A stretch of 37,423 nt of DNA, from IMG/VR virus record IMGVR_UViG_3300006118_000020, positions 1-37,423 of that record. One strand, written 5' to 3'. This DNA is from a virus. Taxonomy: Duplodnaviria; Caudoviricetes. The notes under the pieces are model-generated. The model did no database searches. It was not told the origin of the DNA and worked only from the letters and a program-made list of their open reading frames with translations. Position 1 is the first letter of the stretch, and the number at the start of each line of letters is the position of its first letter. A program made the translations under genes and the position numbers. This document shows, one piece after another, positions 8,159 through 17,641 of the stretch.

Positions 8159-9808
8159 TTATTTTGGTGCGATTGGAGCTGATACAGTGTTGCTTAACTC
8201 TGGATAATAGTTTTGCATTGCTGATAAAATATCTTGTGCTGAAGGAGCACTAGTTGCTTCTTTAACGCCCCAAGGTTGTGCTGGAGCATTTGTTAAAGTA
8301 TTATACAATTGTGGATTGAAGGTTGGTCCAGGTTGATATGGATGCATTCCCCAATAGTACTGACTTTGTGCTGGAGTTTGTTGTTGCCAATATGGAACTG
8401 GGCTAATCCAGCCCGGGTTCAATCCTGTCGGAACATTAATGCCAGGTAGATTTGCGCTTGGAACAGTTACATAATTTAATTGATCTGGCGAAGTTGTGTT
8501 TGTAGGTGTTACAATTGGAATAGGAGGAGTTGTGTTTGCTGTATCACTTGCAACCTTACTTGTGTTATCAGGAATAACTGTTTGTGTAGGTGTACTCAAT
8601 GGAGTTGGAACAACACTTGTATCTGGTGGAAGTTTACTTGCAGTTACATTTACAGTTCCTATATCTGTTGGATTTGATGTTGTACCAGTACCAGTACCTG
8701 TACTATTTCCAGTGCCTATGCTTGCAACAGGACCCACAACAACATTAGTATTAGGAACGCTAGGTCCACTTACTGGTGTAGCTTCTACAGGAGCAACACT
8801 ATTTGAACTTGTTTGTCCTGCAGGAGGTGTAATAGTTGTTGGTTGAACTGGACTTAATTCAGTTGTTCCAGTTCCAGTTCCATTTCCTGTAGCGCCTGTA
8901 GGTTCTGCACCACTAGTTCCAGTTCCACTAACATCAATTCGTGTAGCACCATTTTGTACAGGGTATTGATTACCACTTGCATCAGTCCATGTTTTACCAT
9001 CACTGCTATAACCATTTTCACCTGGTGTAACTGTTTGTGGTTGAGCATCAGTAACTGTTGTTCCATCTTTATAAGTGTAAGAAACAGTTTTTAAACCATT
9101 ACCATCAGTAGTTGTATTAGTATAAGCTAATGGAGAACCACTATTATCTTTTTCCATTGAATCTTGTGGTGTTGCTGGAAGTTCATTAGTATTACTTGCA
9201 ACTTGAACGCCTGGTTCATTTGTATTAATTGCTGGGCTTACAATAGTTCCACTACTGTCAACAACATTACCACTACTATCCATAAAGTGTCCGCCACCAA
9301 TGTCAAGCATGCCTGCTGTTGGATTGTTAACATAACCTGTTACACCACCAGCAGCTCCGCCTGTTAATGCTCCATTTAATATTCCATTACCAAGATTTGT
9401 TCCAGTAATAAATGCACCTGTGCCACCTGCGGCTGCTCCTGCGGCTGCACCTTGCAATGCAGTATTTGCAACACTACCTAATCCTGAATCAGCTAATGCA
9501 TTACCAGCGGCTCCACCTGCAACGCCTGCAGCACCACCCATTGCAGCACCAGTTAATGCACCTTTAACAATGTCTCCACCATTACTTGCTGCTCCTGCTG
9601 CGCCACCTAATGCTCCTGCATATACTGGAGGAATACCTGCAGCAATAGATCCAACTGTAACAATCGCTTGAACAGGGTTATTAACAACTGACTGAACAGC
9701 ACTGCCTACAGCGTTACCAACAGTGTTAATTGCTGAACTAACTGTATCAACTGCTGTACTTGCTACCTGTTCAACTGCGTGAGTAATTCCACTAACGATT
9801 CCACCCAT
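8159..9808 (-). CDS. Putative ejection protein with glycine-zipper membrane-interacting N-terminus
   Basis: MGG start; long GAxxG/GxxxG repeats at about residues 45-160; Thr/Pro-rich remainder. Confidence 0.6.
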   Translation of the reverse strand: MGGIVSGITHAVEQVASTAVDTVSSAINTVGNAVGSAVQSVVNNPVQAIVTVGSIAAGIPPVYAGALGGAAGAASNGGDIVKGALTGAAMGGAAGVAGGAAGNALADSGLGSVANTALQGAAAGAAAGGTGAFITGTNLGNGILNGALTGGAAGGVTGYVNNPTAGMLDIGGGHFMDSSGNVVDSSGTIVSPAINTNEPGVQVASNTNELPATPQDSMEKDNSGSPLAYTNTTTDGNGLKTVSYTYKDGTTVTDAQPQTVTPGENGYSSDGKTWTDASGNQYPVQNGATRIDVSGTGTSGAEPTGATGNGTGTGTTELSPVQPTTITPPAGQTSSNSVAPVEATPVSGPSVPNTNVVVGPVASIGTGNSTGTGTGTTSNPTDIGTVNVTASKLPPDTSVVPTPLSTPTQTVIPDNTSKVASDTANTTPPIPIVTPTNTTSPDQLNYVTVPSANLPGINVPTGLNPGWISPVPYWQQQTPAQSQYYWGMHPYQPGPTFNPQLYNTLTNAPAQPWGVKEATSAPSAQDILSAMQNYYPELSNTVSAPIAPK

Positions 9809-9828
9809 AATTTTATCCTTTTTTGTAT

Positions 9829-10743
9829 TTATTGTTTTACGACCTGTGCGCTTAGGCTACGCAATTGTAGTTTGCTATTAGTTACTTGTAAATTTCCTAA
9901 TACTCCTGTTCCAGGATCAGGTATGCTATTGAATGCTACTTCTAAAATGTACCAATAATATCCTGGGCTTGGACTATCAATAATGCTTGTAAAGATTGTA
10001 TCAATACCTAATGGATCAATTGGACTTACACTATTGTTTAACCCATCATAAACATATTTCTTTTGACTTATTGTTTTGTCAAATATAAAACGATAGTCTG
10101 GGTTAGTTGGATCATTATTCAGTACGCCATAATATCTGTTGACTGAAACAATATATTGCATTGCGCTTGGATCAGTTGTAGTTTCAAAACTAATAACATT
10201 GTTAAGTTGGGCACTAATAAACACTCTATCTCCTGCACCATTCACTAATACTTTTGCATTACAATCTGTTGAAATGAAAAAGATGTTGTTTGGATCAGTA
10301 TCAATTGTTGTGTTACTATATGTAACTGTTCCGCCTGTTGCTGGACTACCACTATAACTACTATTAGTTCTACAAATCACATATGTTGTTGTACATTCAA
10401 CTACACCGATTGGAGCATAACCACCATCATACAAGTCTGGGTTGCTTGTTCCATTAACACTAATTGGTTCTCCAACTGCAAATGGTGCGAATGATTGAGT
10501 ACTGGCAAATGTAAACTTAAATGTTCTTGGATCCAATAACTCACTTGTGCTCAATGGTATTGGAACAACATACAAGTTAGTATTTGAATTAGTGTTTGTA
10601 AACGGTGGGCGATAGTTACCAGTCAAGTAACTATCATTATAATCACTAAACCCATTAAAGAACTGTCCAAGACCACTGGGACCGCTTAATAGGTAGTTTA
10701 CCGCATCTTGAACACTGTTATCATTGTTAATTGGAAATGTCAT
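9829..10743 (-). CDS. Tail-associated structural protein
   Basis: 304 aa, translationally coupled to the nozzle gene; beta-rich. Confidence 0.55.
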   Translation of the reverse strand: MTFPINNDNSVQDAVNYLLSGPSGLGQFFNGFSDYNDSYLTGNYRPPFTNTNSNTNLYVVPIPLSTSELLDPRTFKFTFASTQSFAPFAVGEPISVNGTSNPDLYDGGYAPIGVVECTTTYVICRTNSSYSGSPATGGTVTYSNTTIDTDPNNIFFISTDCNAKVLVNGAGDRVFISAQLNNVISFETTTDPSAMQYIVSVNRYYGVLNNDPTNPDYRFIFDKTISQKKYVYDGLNNSVSPIDPLGIDTIFTSIIDSPSPGYYWYILEVAFNSIPDPGTGVLGNLQVTNSKLQLRSLSAQVVKQ

Positions 10744-12650
10744 TATCTATCATCTTCCACTTCAGTATATTGCCAAGTTGTGGCTGCACAAATCCAAACA
10801 TCAGTTGAACTTGTGTTACTCAATTCAATACTGTTCACACGATATGCGTTCTGGTCAATCTGAACCCAAGGTTGTGTTGTATCCAAATACATAACTTCAG
10901 TTGTTGTTGCAACTGGTAATGATCCAACACTGTCAGCAACATCAATTGTAACACTGATCTGTCCTGTGCTTGGCGTGATCTGAATGTTGTTTGTTCCTGT
11001 AAATGGCACAGCACCAATGTTGTTAACTTCAGGAAGAATACGATGTACCATTAGTTTACCACTATAATCTTTTAGTAACTTAATGTTATCACGACGAAAA
11101 CTAGAACTGATTGCACTACCATCTGCATGAGTATAACCAATGTTCATTTGTGCAATCTTGCTGTTGGTAATACCTCTAGCATACACAACTGTTCTTGACG
11201 CTGGAGCTGGTAACCAATGTTGTGGTATTGAAAGTGTTGGCGTAAAGATTGGGCTTTCAGTTGTCATTGTTGCACTATCAACTTCACGAGGACTATTCCA
11301 TGCATCAATATCATAACGATAGCTAATCATTCTATTTGGGACACCATTGATTGCATCTGTTGTAGGATAATAGATTTCAATTTGGTTCTTTTGACTATTG
11401 TTCTCCATGAACACACGATCATAGTATGCTGGATCAATTTGGTCAAACAACCAATTCTTAACTCGTTGATTACCTATACCTTGAAAGTTTGTTCCATCAA
11501 ATACCCATACATCTCTAGCATCAATGCCATAAACATTCTGGTCAGTGTTTGCCCAACAGTTTGAACTTAATAGTCCACGACCTTGGTTGTATAATCTAAC
11601 ACCTAGTATAGGAGCACTTGTTGTACTATAGTTGATTGGGCTGAACACAACTGTGTCCCAATAACTACACAAGAAAAACATTCCATTACTTGGGAATGCA
11701 TCAACTGCACTGCCACGCAATGGAACTTCTAATTGGTTAGCCACATTGGTAATCGTTGGAGTCCATGTTTGTGGAGCTTGGTTCAATCCAAACGCTTGAC
11801 TCCATTGAACTGTAACAGGATACAATGCTGTTGTTGTGTCAACATGTGTAACACTTAAATTACCAGCAACTAATATTGATCCCACATTAGGTGTACTATA
11901 CATACGCATAAAGTCTGCACTATAGCTACTCCAGTTGGGATTATAATTCCATGCATACAAAGGGCTTACAAGTTGTCCAGAATCTGATCCAGGATAAGCA
12001 CTACCAGGAACAGCAAGATAGTCAACATAATCAGTTGTACTACTTACTACGATATATGTTCCATTATAATAACTATCAACACCAGTAATAACTATTTTAT
12101 CTCCAGACAAATATGGAGTAATGGTATAGGGTGTGTAAAATGTTAATCTTTGTGTTGTTGGATTTAGATATGCAATATCACCAATTCTAACTGGAACACT
12201 ATTGCTGTACATTACTAATATTGCGTCAGTTTCATCAGGTAAGAACATTGGGGGATTGATTGTATCGTTAACAAATGGTATTGTACCGTTCCATGCTTCA
12301 GTGATATTTGTGCTCTGACTATAACCAGTAAATGTTGTTCCGCCTGGCGTAATATCATACCAATCAACAATCCCATTGCTTGCATACCATTTACCCTCAT
12401 CAGTTGCAACTAAAAACCAAAATTGTCCGCCCAATCTGAAACCACCAGTGATGAATGTAGGAGTGCCTGGGACACTACCCAAGAACACTTGATCTCCTGC
12501 AACACTACGAATACCTCTAACATCTGTTTCAACATTTATACCACTGTTATATTCGTTTGGTCCCAATGCCGTACTAGGTACATCAGGACTATATGTCATT
12601 TTACTGAAAGGTATGCGTACTTCATCGTACTGTGATTGAATTTGAGCCAT
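10743..12650 (-). CDS. Tail nozzle/DNA stabilisation protein (P22 gp10 or T7 gp12-like beta-propeller)
   Basis: 635 aa, propeller-like repeats (TVQWSQ..., GRGLLS..., VWVFDG..., YRYDIDAWN); position ahead of the ejection cluster. Confidence 0.75.
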   Translation of the reverse strand: MAQIQSQYDEVRIPFSKMTYSPDVPSTALGPNEYNSGINVETDVRGIRSVAGDQVFLGSVPGTPTFITGGFRLGGQFWFLVATDEGKWYASNGIVDWYDITPGGTTFTGYSQSTNITEAWNGTIPFVNDTINPPMFLPDETDAILVMYSNSVPVRIGDIAYLNPTTQRLTFYTPYTITPYLSGDKIVITGVDSYYNGTYIVVSSTTDYVDYLAVPGSAYPGSDSGQLVSPLYAWNYNPNWSSYSADFMRMYSTPNVGSILVAGNLSVTHVDTTTALYPVTVQWSQAFGLNQAPQTWTPTITNVANQLEVPLRGSAVDAFPSNGMFFLCSYWDTVVFSPINYSTTSAPILGVRLYNQGRGLLSSNCWANTDQNVYGIDARDVWVFDGTNFQGIGNQRVKNWLFDQIDPAYYDRVFMENNSQKNQIEIYYPTTDAINGVPNRMISYRYDIDAWNSPREVDSATMTTESPIFTPTLSIPQHWLPAPASRTVVYARGITNSKIAQMNIGYTHADGSAISSSFRRDNIKLLKDYSGKLMVHRILPEVNNIGAVPFTGTNNIQITPSTGQISVTIDVADSVGSLPVATTTEVMYLDTTQPWVQIDQNAYRVNSIELSNTSSTDVWICAATTWQYTEVEDDR

Positions 12651-12672
12651 TATGTGGTTCCACTATAAATAT

Positions 12673-12960
12673 CTATTTAGCTTTCTTATTGAACGCCTGT
12701 TTTGCCACGGAAAATTCCTGATTGATATCTATTGGAGTCCATTTTTTTCCATCAACATCTAATACATTTTCTGGAGTTGGCTCTATACCATAGATTCTTA
12801 CAGGTTTACCCCTGCAAATCTTGGGATGATTCTCAATGACTTTTTCGCTTTTGATTACATGTCCACAATTTTTGCAAATGTATCCATGAAATCTCCATTC
12901 ATTCTTTTTCTTATCATATGCAAACCCGTGGCTAAAGTGTTCGTTGTTTTTGTATTCCAT
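12673..12960 (-). CDS. Small zinc-finger protein
   Basis: YICKNCGHVIKSEKVIENHPKIC gives C-x2-C-x12-H-x3-C. Confidence 0.6.
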   Translation of the reverse strand: MEYKNNEHFSHGFAYDKKKNEWRFHGYICKNCGHVIKSEKVIENHPKICRGKPVRIYGIEPTPENVLDVDGKKWTPIDINQEFSVAKQAFNKKAK

Positions 12961-12972
12961 TGTGCACCATAA

Positions 12973-13398
12973 TTATTTTAATCTCTTATTAATTATGTTG
13001 TTTGTAAGGTCGCTTAAATTTCCCACTTGATCTTCAATATTCTTACAAAGTTCACTAGCTTTTATCATTTTTTCACAATCGCTTATTGGCATGTTTTCTA
13101 GTTCTCTTTGACACATATCAAAGTATATTTCTGTTTGTTTCTCGTTGTTTAACACATCACTAAAAACTTCTACTATTTTGTCTAAGTTTTCATCGTCAAT
13201 GTTACCGCCCACATTTTGACCAATTCTTCTAAACATTTCTTCTAAATTGACTCTGGTCTTTACTTCGCCATTATTCTGACTAGTAATTAACCACAACTCA
13301 CCCATTCTAATCTGATCTCCTTCACGCTCAACTTCAAAAACAAATGCTTGTTCATGTGTATTTTGTATATCTGTGAAAACATGATATTCTTTGGTCAT
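12973..13398 (-). CDS. Hypothetical acidic protein (141 aa)
   Basis: SD AAGGA; TTAAATA motif upstream. Confidence 0.7.
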   Translation of the reverse strand: MTKEYHVFTDIQNTHEQAFVFEVEREGDQIRMGELWLITSQNNGEVKTRVNLEEMFRRIGQNVGGNIDDENLDKIVEVFSDVLNNEKQTEIYFDMCQRELENMPISDCEKMIKASELCKNIEDQVGNLSDLTNNIINKRLK

Positions 13399-13419
13399 AA
13401 TGTTGTTCCTTTACTATAT

Positions 13420-13559
13420 TTAACTGAGTAGAACCGCTGAGTAATTTGCTAAAATGAATCTTTTTTTTTATAATTTTTTTTATAAAAATATTTTTTTTTA
13501 ATTTAGTCAAAAAAAAGCGTTTTACTCAGTGGTTCTACTCAGCATTTCTACTCAGTTAA
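13420..13559. promoter_or_regulatory. Putative replication origin: inverted iteron arrays around an A/T-tract core
   Basis: CTGAGTA at 13424 and 13437; TACTCAG at 13523, 13536 and 13549 (13-bp period); ~75-bp nearly pure A/T core; immediately downstream of the helicase gene. Confidence 0.75.
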
Positions 13560-13561
13560 TG

Positions 13562-15343
13562 TTATTTTAACTCATCTTTGATAGAATAGATAGTAATTTT
13601 CTCTCCCACAGTTGTACCTTTATCATCTAAACTATCTGGATCAATAAAATCTGTTAAACAATAGAACTTTTTCTCTGGAATACTCAGTTTATTTTGAACT
13701 ATACCCATCTTTCTTCTATCTGTATCTGTACAGCCCTTCCAAGTATAGACATTTTCATTTTGTATTTCTTCGCAATCCCAACCCAACTTAGTATTCAACC
13801 AATACATCATGCTGTTTTTGAACCATTCTTTAGTACATTTTTGACTTTCTGCTGTCTCATATAACTTATGTGTGTCTTTAATGTTAATCACATTGGTACA
13901 GCCCTCAGCCATTAATCTCATAAATTTGGGCATAAATCCATCAATTCCACGCTGTTGTCTTACAAGCATTTCTTTGTAATATTTGCCATGAATGGGTAAT
14001 AATTCTGTCATGTTTTTTGCATTATGTTTGTCAATAATATGTCCCAACCATTCAGCAATCTTTTCTTCGTTTTTGTAATAGTCTTTTTGCCATTCTTTTA
14101 CAATAACTTGCATAGCTTTAGTTGTTTCTTCATCTATCATTTCATTGATATCATTTATTAAACCATAATGTAATGCAAGATATCTAGGTAAGTTGATACG
14201 AGCAATAATGGGTTCAAATCGTCTATCTTCGCCGCTTGATCCAGTTCCTGCAAGTTTTGCTGTGCTTGTAAAGCCATTTCTAAAAAAGAAAAAGCTGAAC
14301 AATCTTGCAACATCTCTTGCATCTTTGTTCATTTGACGATGACGATATCTGTTTGACCCTGTAAGTTCTTTAATCTTGTCAATAGGTACTCTGTTGCTGT
14401 CTTTTTCATCAACTTTAATAATCATTTTACCAAACAAGTCACCATTATGTGTGCCCTTAAAAGTTTCTTCACCAGCACTACCACAACATTCATCTGTAAA
14501 GATTGTACGCAATAAGTTAAAGAATGTATCACGCCCGGTTCCTCCGGTAGCACAACTATCAATATTTGGAACCATAACATCTTCTGGATGACAATAACGA
14601 TATGCTACAAATCGTTCAAGTTGATCTGCATAACTTTCATCATTTCCGGCGATACTTAAGCATAACAATCTAAATGCAATATGTGGTTCAACATTGTGTA
14701 TAGGTTTTAACCACTGATTTCTGATCGTATCCATTTGATTATAAACACCTATTCTTGGACTTGCAAAGTCCCTAACAATATGTTTATACATTCTGCCCAT
14801 TTCTTTTGCTAATTTTTTAAGCTCTTGCTCACTAGTAATTTCCCAGTTGCTATCGTTAAAGATCAAGTCTTTGATAACTCCTGCTTCACTATTATTAATC
14901 TTAACATCCATTCTTCCGCCTGCTGGATCAACACTCCACCATTGCTGGTCAAAGATAACATAATGAATATTATTTTCATCAAATACCTTCTCTGCTGTTG
15001 ATTGACTATTTTGTTGAACAAAATCTTGACGGCGTTTTTGTCTGATCTTACCTAAATCTATCTCAAGATTTTTTAGTATTTGTTCATTGTTAGAAACAGT
15101 TAAGCGCATTAGTTTGATGTTAGCATCTAATGCCTTCTTTTGTTCCTTTAGATTTTTCTTTTGAGTTTTATCAGTTTCACCAGATTCTAAAATACTAATG
15201 TTGGTGCTTATGTTTTCATCCTCAAATATCTTTTGTCTATCCTTCTCTAACTGTTGTTTAGTTAGACTAATTTGTTGTGTTAGTTTGTCTAACAACAGTT
15301 GTTCTGAATCAATTTGTTGATTCATATTAATTACATTTGTCAT
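13562..15343 (-). CDS. SF3 (D5/NrS-1-like) helicase with N-terminal coiled coil
   Basis: Walker A-like GGTGRDT, Walker B IIKVDE, KIKELTG, motif C FFFFRN, Arg finger EDRRF; coupled to the primase gene. Confidence 0.8.
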   Translation of the reverse strand: MTNVINMNQQIDSEQLLLDKLTQQISLTKQQLEKDRQKIFEDENISTNISILESGETDKTQKKNLKEQKKALDANIKLMRLTVSNNEQILKNLEIDLGKIRQKRRQDFVQQNSQSTAEKVFDENNIHYVIFDQQWWSVDPAGGRMDVKINNSEAGVIKDLIFNDSNWEITSEQELKKLAKEMGRMYKHIVRDFASPRIGVYNQMDTIRNQWLKPIHNVEPHIAFRLLCLSIAGNDESYADQLERFVAYRYCHPEDVMVPNIDSCATGGTGRDTFFNLLRTIFTDECCGSAGEETFKGTHNGDLFGKMIIKVDEKDSNRVPIDKIKELTGSNRYRHRQMNKDARDVARLFSFFFFRNGFTSTAKLAGTGSSGEDRRFEPIIARINLPRYLALHYGLINDINEMIDEETTKAMQVIVKEWQKDYYKNEEKIAEWLGHIIDKHNAKNMTELLPIHGKYYKEMLVRQQRGIDGFMPKFMRLMAEGCTNVINIKDTHKLYETAESQKCTKEWFKNSMMYWLNTKLGWDCEEIQNENVYTWKGCTDTDRRKMGIVQNKLSIPEKKFYCLTDFIDPDSLDDKGTTVGEKITIYSIKDELK

Positions 15344-16272
15344 TTCATTTTCCTTAATTTCATCTCTATCTCTAGTAATTGTCTTTCAGTGCTAGTGATA
15401 CCACTGAGTTTAATCAATGTGCCTACTGTAGGACTATTGTTTTGTGGTTTCCAACTTTTCAAAGTCTGCATATGCTTTTTTGTTTTTGTGGGCCAGTATG
15501 TCATCATTAAGTTTTGTGCATTACCAATACCTACTGCATGGCAAGTAGCCCAAGCAATTGGTCGCCATTGTTCATAACTACCATTCAAGTCACCAACTTT
15601 ATAACTAATCCTACGCAACAGTTGATTTACAAATTCATAATCAACTATAGATTTTTCATTAGTTACAAATTTAGTTTTTAGTTTTTCTTCTTCTTTAAGT
15701 TCAACTTCACTGATCATTAGTATTAGTCCATCAGTTATAACTTTGGGAAGAATTTTGTCAGTTCTTTCTTTGTATTTGCAATTGGGAACACCATAATACA
15801 ATCGTGCTGCATCTTTACAAACTGTGTCACCAGATTGATAAACCATTAATAGACCACGCATTATCTTTTTCATTTTTTCTCTGTCTGTGATTGGTTCTTC
15901 CAACACAAACATAATACGAAACCTATGATGTTCATCAGTGTGACTTGCAGTTGTGTAAAAGCCTGCACCATATTCATTATAAAACTCGTCATTGAACAGT
16001 TCTTGGATATTCATTCCATCATCAATATCAACCATTACCAATTGACGACTGACAAAATTTTCATCTGTTCTATTATCAGATGATAGTTCTGCACTTGTAG
16101 CCAATCCATCAGTTGTGATAAGTTCAAATGCTGTTTCCCAATCACATTCAATGTTCAACCAATTGTAACCTAGATTAACTTTGTGACCGTTACTAACATA
16201 GTATGGTATGCCATTAAAGCCTTGTTCTTTAGTAGGCTTTCCCTTAATATATCTTTGAATTGATAACTTCAT
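15340..16272 (-). CDS. AEP-family primase/PrimPol with PriCT-2-like C-terminus
   Basis: VDIDDG (motif I), YTTASH...RFRIMF (motif II), DTVCKDAARLYYG (motif III), SYEQWRPIAWA; likely start MKLSIQ at 16272 (SD AAGGA, ATGA overlap). Confidence 0.8.
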   Translation of the reverse strand: MKLSIQRYIKGKPTKEQGFNGIPYYVSNGHKVNLGYNWLNIECDWETAFELITTDGLATSAELSSDNRTDENFVSRQLVMVDIDDGMNIQELFNDEFYNEYGAGFYTTASHTDEHHRFRIMFVLEEPITDREKMKKIMRGLLMVYQSGDTVCKDAARLYYGVPNCKYKERTDKILPKVITDGLILMISEVELKEEEKLKTKFVTNEKSIVDYEFVNQLLRRISYKVGDLNGSYEQWRPIAWATCHAVGIGNAQNLMMTYWPTKTKKHMQTLKSWKPQNNSPTVGTLIKLSGITSTERQLLEIEMKLRKMK

Positions 16273-16436
16273 TTCAATTCCTTTAATAGTTCTAAACATT
16301 TTTCTACACGAATCTTGTATTCGTCTAGTTGTTCATGGTATGTCATTACTGGTGTGTCATACCCATGCATGATCCAATCGTTTAGTTTTTGTTGATACAT
16401 AAACAATTGTTGTTGAGCATATAATCTATCATTCAT
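16269..16436 (-). CDS. Small hypothetical protein (MNDRLYAQQQ..., 55 aa)
   Basis: Packs between 16438-16605 and the primase with tight spacing and an overlap. Confidence 0.65.
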   Translation of the reverse strand: MNDRLYAQQQLFMYQQKLNDWIMHGYDTPVMTYHEQLDEYKIRVEKCLELLKELK

Positions 16437-16437
16437 A

Positions 16438-16605
16438 TTATATTCCCAATCTAATAATCTCGTCAAGAATGTTTTCTACTTCTTGATCCCAAACCGCGAA
16501 TAACTTAAAATCATCTAGTTTAAGATAATGTTCTCTAAAGCCAATAGCGTTTTCTAGTTCCGTGTCAAGACGGATCAGTGTTAATAAACTTAAATCTTTA
16601 CTCAT
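16438..16605 (-). CDS. Small hypothetical protein MSKDLSLLTLIRLDTELENAIGF... (55 aa; not in ORF track)
   Basis: Translated by hand; SD AAGGA; first gene of the replication operon. Confidence 0.7.
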   Translation of the reverse strand: MSKDLSLLTLIRLDTELENAIGFREHYLKLDDFKLFAVWDQEVENILDEIIRLGI

Positions 16606-16627
16606 TTCTTTTCCTTTAATATTGTTT

Positions 16628-16707
16628 CTAAGATACTGTCAATCTCATTTGAACCTTGAGATGAAGCCCCAGGGTTCAAGCTGGGGACTTCGTTTGACAA
16701 TATTTAG
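16628..16707 (-). ncRNA. Structured RNA: three-way junction with two mutually complementary loops
   Basis: P1 16633-41/16695-703 (G-U pair only on the minus strand); hairpins 16642-62 and 16663-91; loops TTGAACC and GGTTCAA. Confidence 0.7.
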
Positions 16708-16802
16708 GAATTATACAAATGTCACTCTGTACACTGTATTTATCTATTGTAATCAAAAGGTATCTTTTAAGAAATAGTTTTTGGGTAACTTGCCCATAAC
16801 AG

Positions 16803-16830
16803 TTGTGTAAAATAGGACTAAGTATATAAT
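16803..16830 (+). promoter_or_regulatory. sigma70-like promoter TTGTGT-N16-TATAAT
   Basis: Perfect -10 box, partial -35 box, followed by SD AAGGA and ATG 16848. Confidence 0.5.
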
Positions 16831-16847
16831 AGACATAAAGGAAATGT

Positions 16848-17333
16848 ATGGCAAAGTTCAAAATCAAAAATGTAAAATTCGTTTTTACGCCCAAGAATCA
16901 TCGTGGCAGTGATTGGGCAACTCCCCCAGATGTTAAAATAGGATTCGGTAATCGTCACACTGATGAGTATAATCAGTATATGTTCCATAGTAATTATATT
17001 GGAGTACTGTTTAGTGATTACTTACATGGTGATCCAAGAAAATATAAAAAGTCAGCAAAGTTTACTGAGAGTGAAGCAATGATATTGTTGCTCAAGTACC
17101 TTGAAGATAACTTAAAAGAAGCACGAAAAACCAAAAAAGAACTAGACAAAATATTACTAGATGTTAAAAACTTTAATACTAACTCACATGCACAAAAGAC
17201 CATGTGGGAATATTCTATTAGTGTAAACAAAAGAGAATTGGCGTACAATATAGCAGCTTGTAAGATTTGGAGAAAGAAAGTTCGTGTAATAAAGAAAAGC
17301 CCAGAGTATCTATGGGAGCAATTACTTAAATGA
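16848..17333 (+). CDS. Hypothetical basic protein (161 aa), likely early-expressed
   Basis: SD plus sigma70-like promoter; ATGA coupling to the next gene. Confidence 0.7.
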   Translation: MAKFKIKNVKFVFTPKNHRGSDWATPPDVKIGFGNRHTDEYNQYMFHSNYIGVLFSDYLHGDPRKYKKSAKFTESEAMILLLKYLEDNLKEARKTKKELDKILLDVKNFNTNSHAQKTMWEYSISVNKRELAYNIAACKIWRKKVRVIKKSPEYLWEQLLK

Positions 17334-17635
17334 GCAAAATCAGATGTTATGGATTGAATGAGTTATTAAACATGCGTGATGTCAAAACTGTGATACCAGA
17401 TAGTTTAGTTGAAACTTTTGTTGAATATAATGTACATTGTTTTCAGCCACCAACTACGCCTGGTAGTGGTCGTGGTCGTAGAACCAGAGCGTTCTATGTA
17501 ACTACTAATGAAGATTTTGATAGATGGGTAAAACTAAACAACACCATTGCTATGTTGAAAAACTTACCTATTGCGAAAATAAAGTATAAAGAATATCCAC
17601 AACCTGTTGTAGACCCATACTTTACATTTATTTAA
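17330..17635 (+). CDS. Hypothetical protein (101 aa)
   Basis: Coupled to 16848-17333. Confidence 0.65.
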   Translation: MSKIRCYGLNELLNMRDVKTVIPDSLVETFVEYNVHCFQPPTTPGSGRGRRTRAFYVTTNEDFDRWVKLNNTIAMLKNLPIAKIKYKEYPQPVVDPYFTFI

Positions 17636-17641
17636 AAGATC

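Noticed and set aside
16637-16699. Two TTGACA hexamers as divergent -35 boxes
   Set aside because: Neither has a convincing -10 box at 16-18 nt; they are better explained as the two arms of the RNA P1 stem
16628-16707. Hammerhead ribozyme, purine riboswitch or tRNA
   Set aside because: It lacks the CUGANGA/GAAA core, the purine-riboswitch junction nucleotides and tRNA D/T-loop motifs
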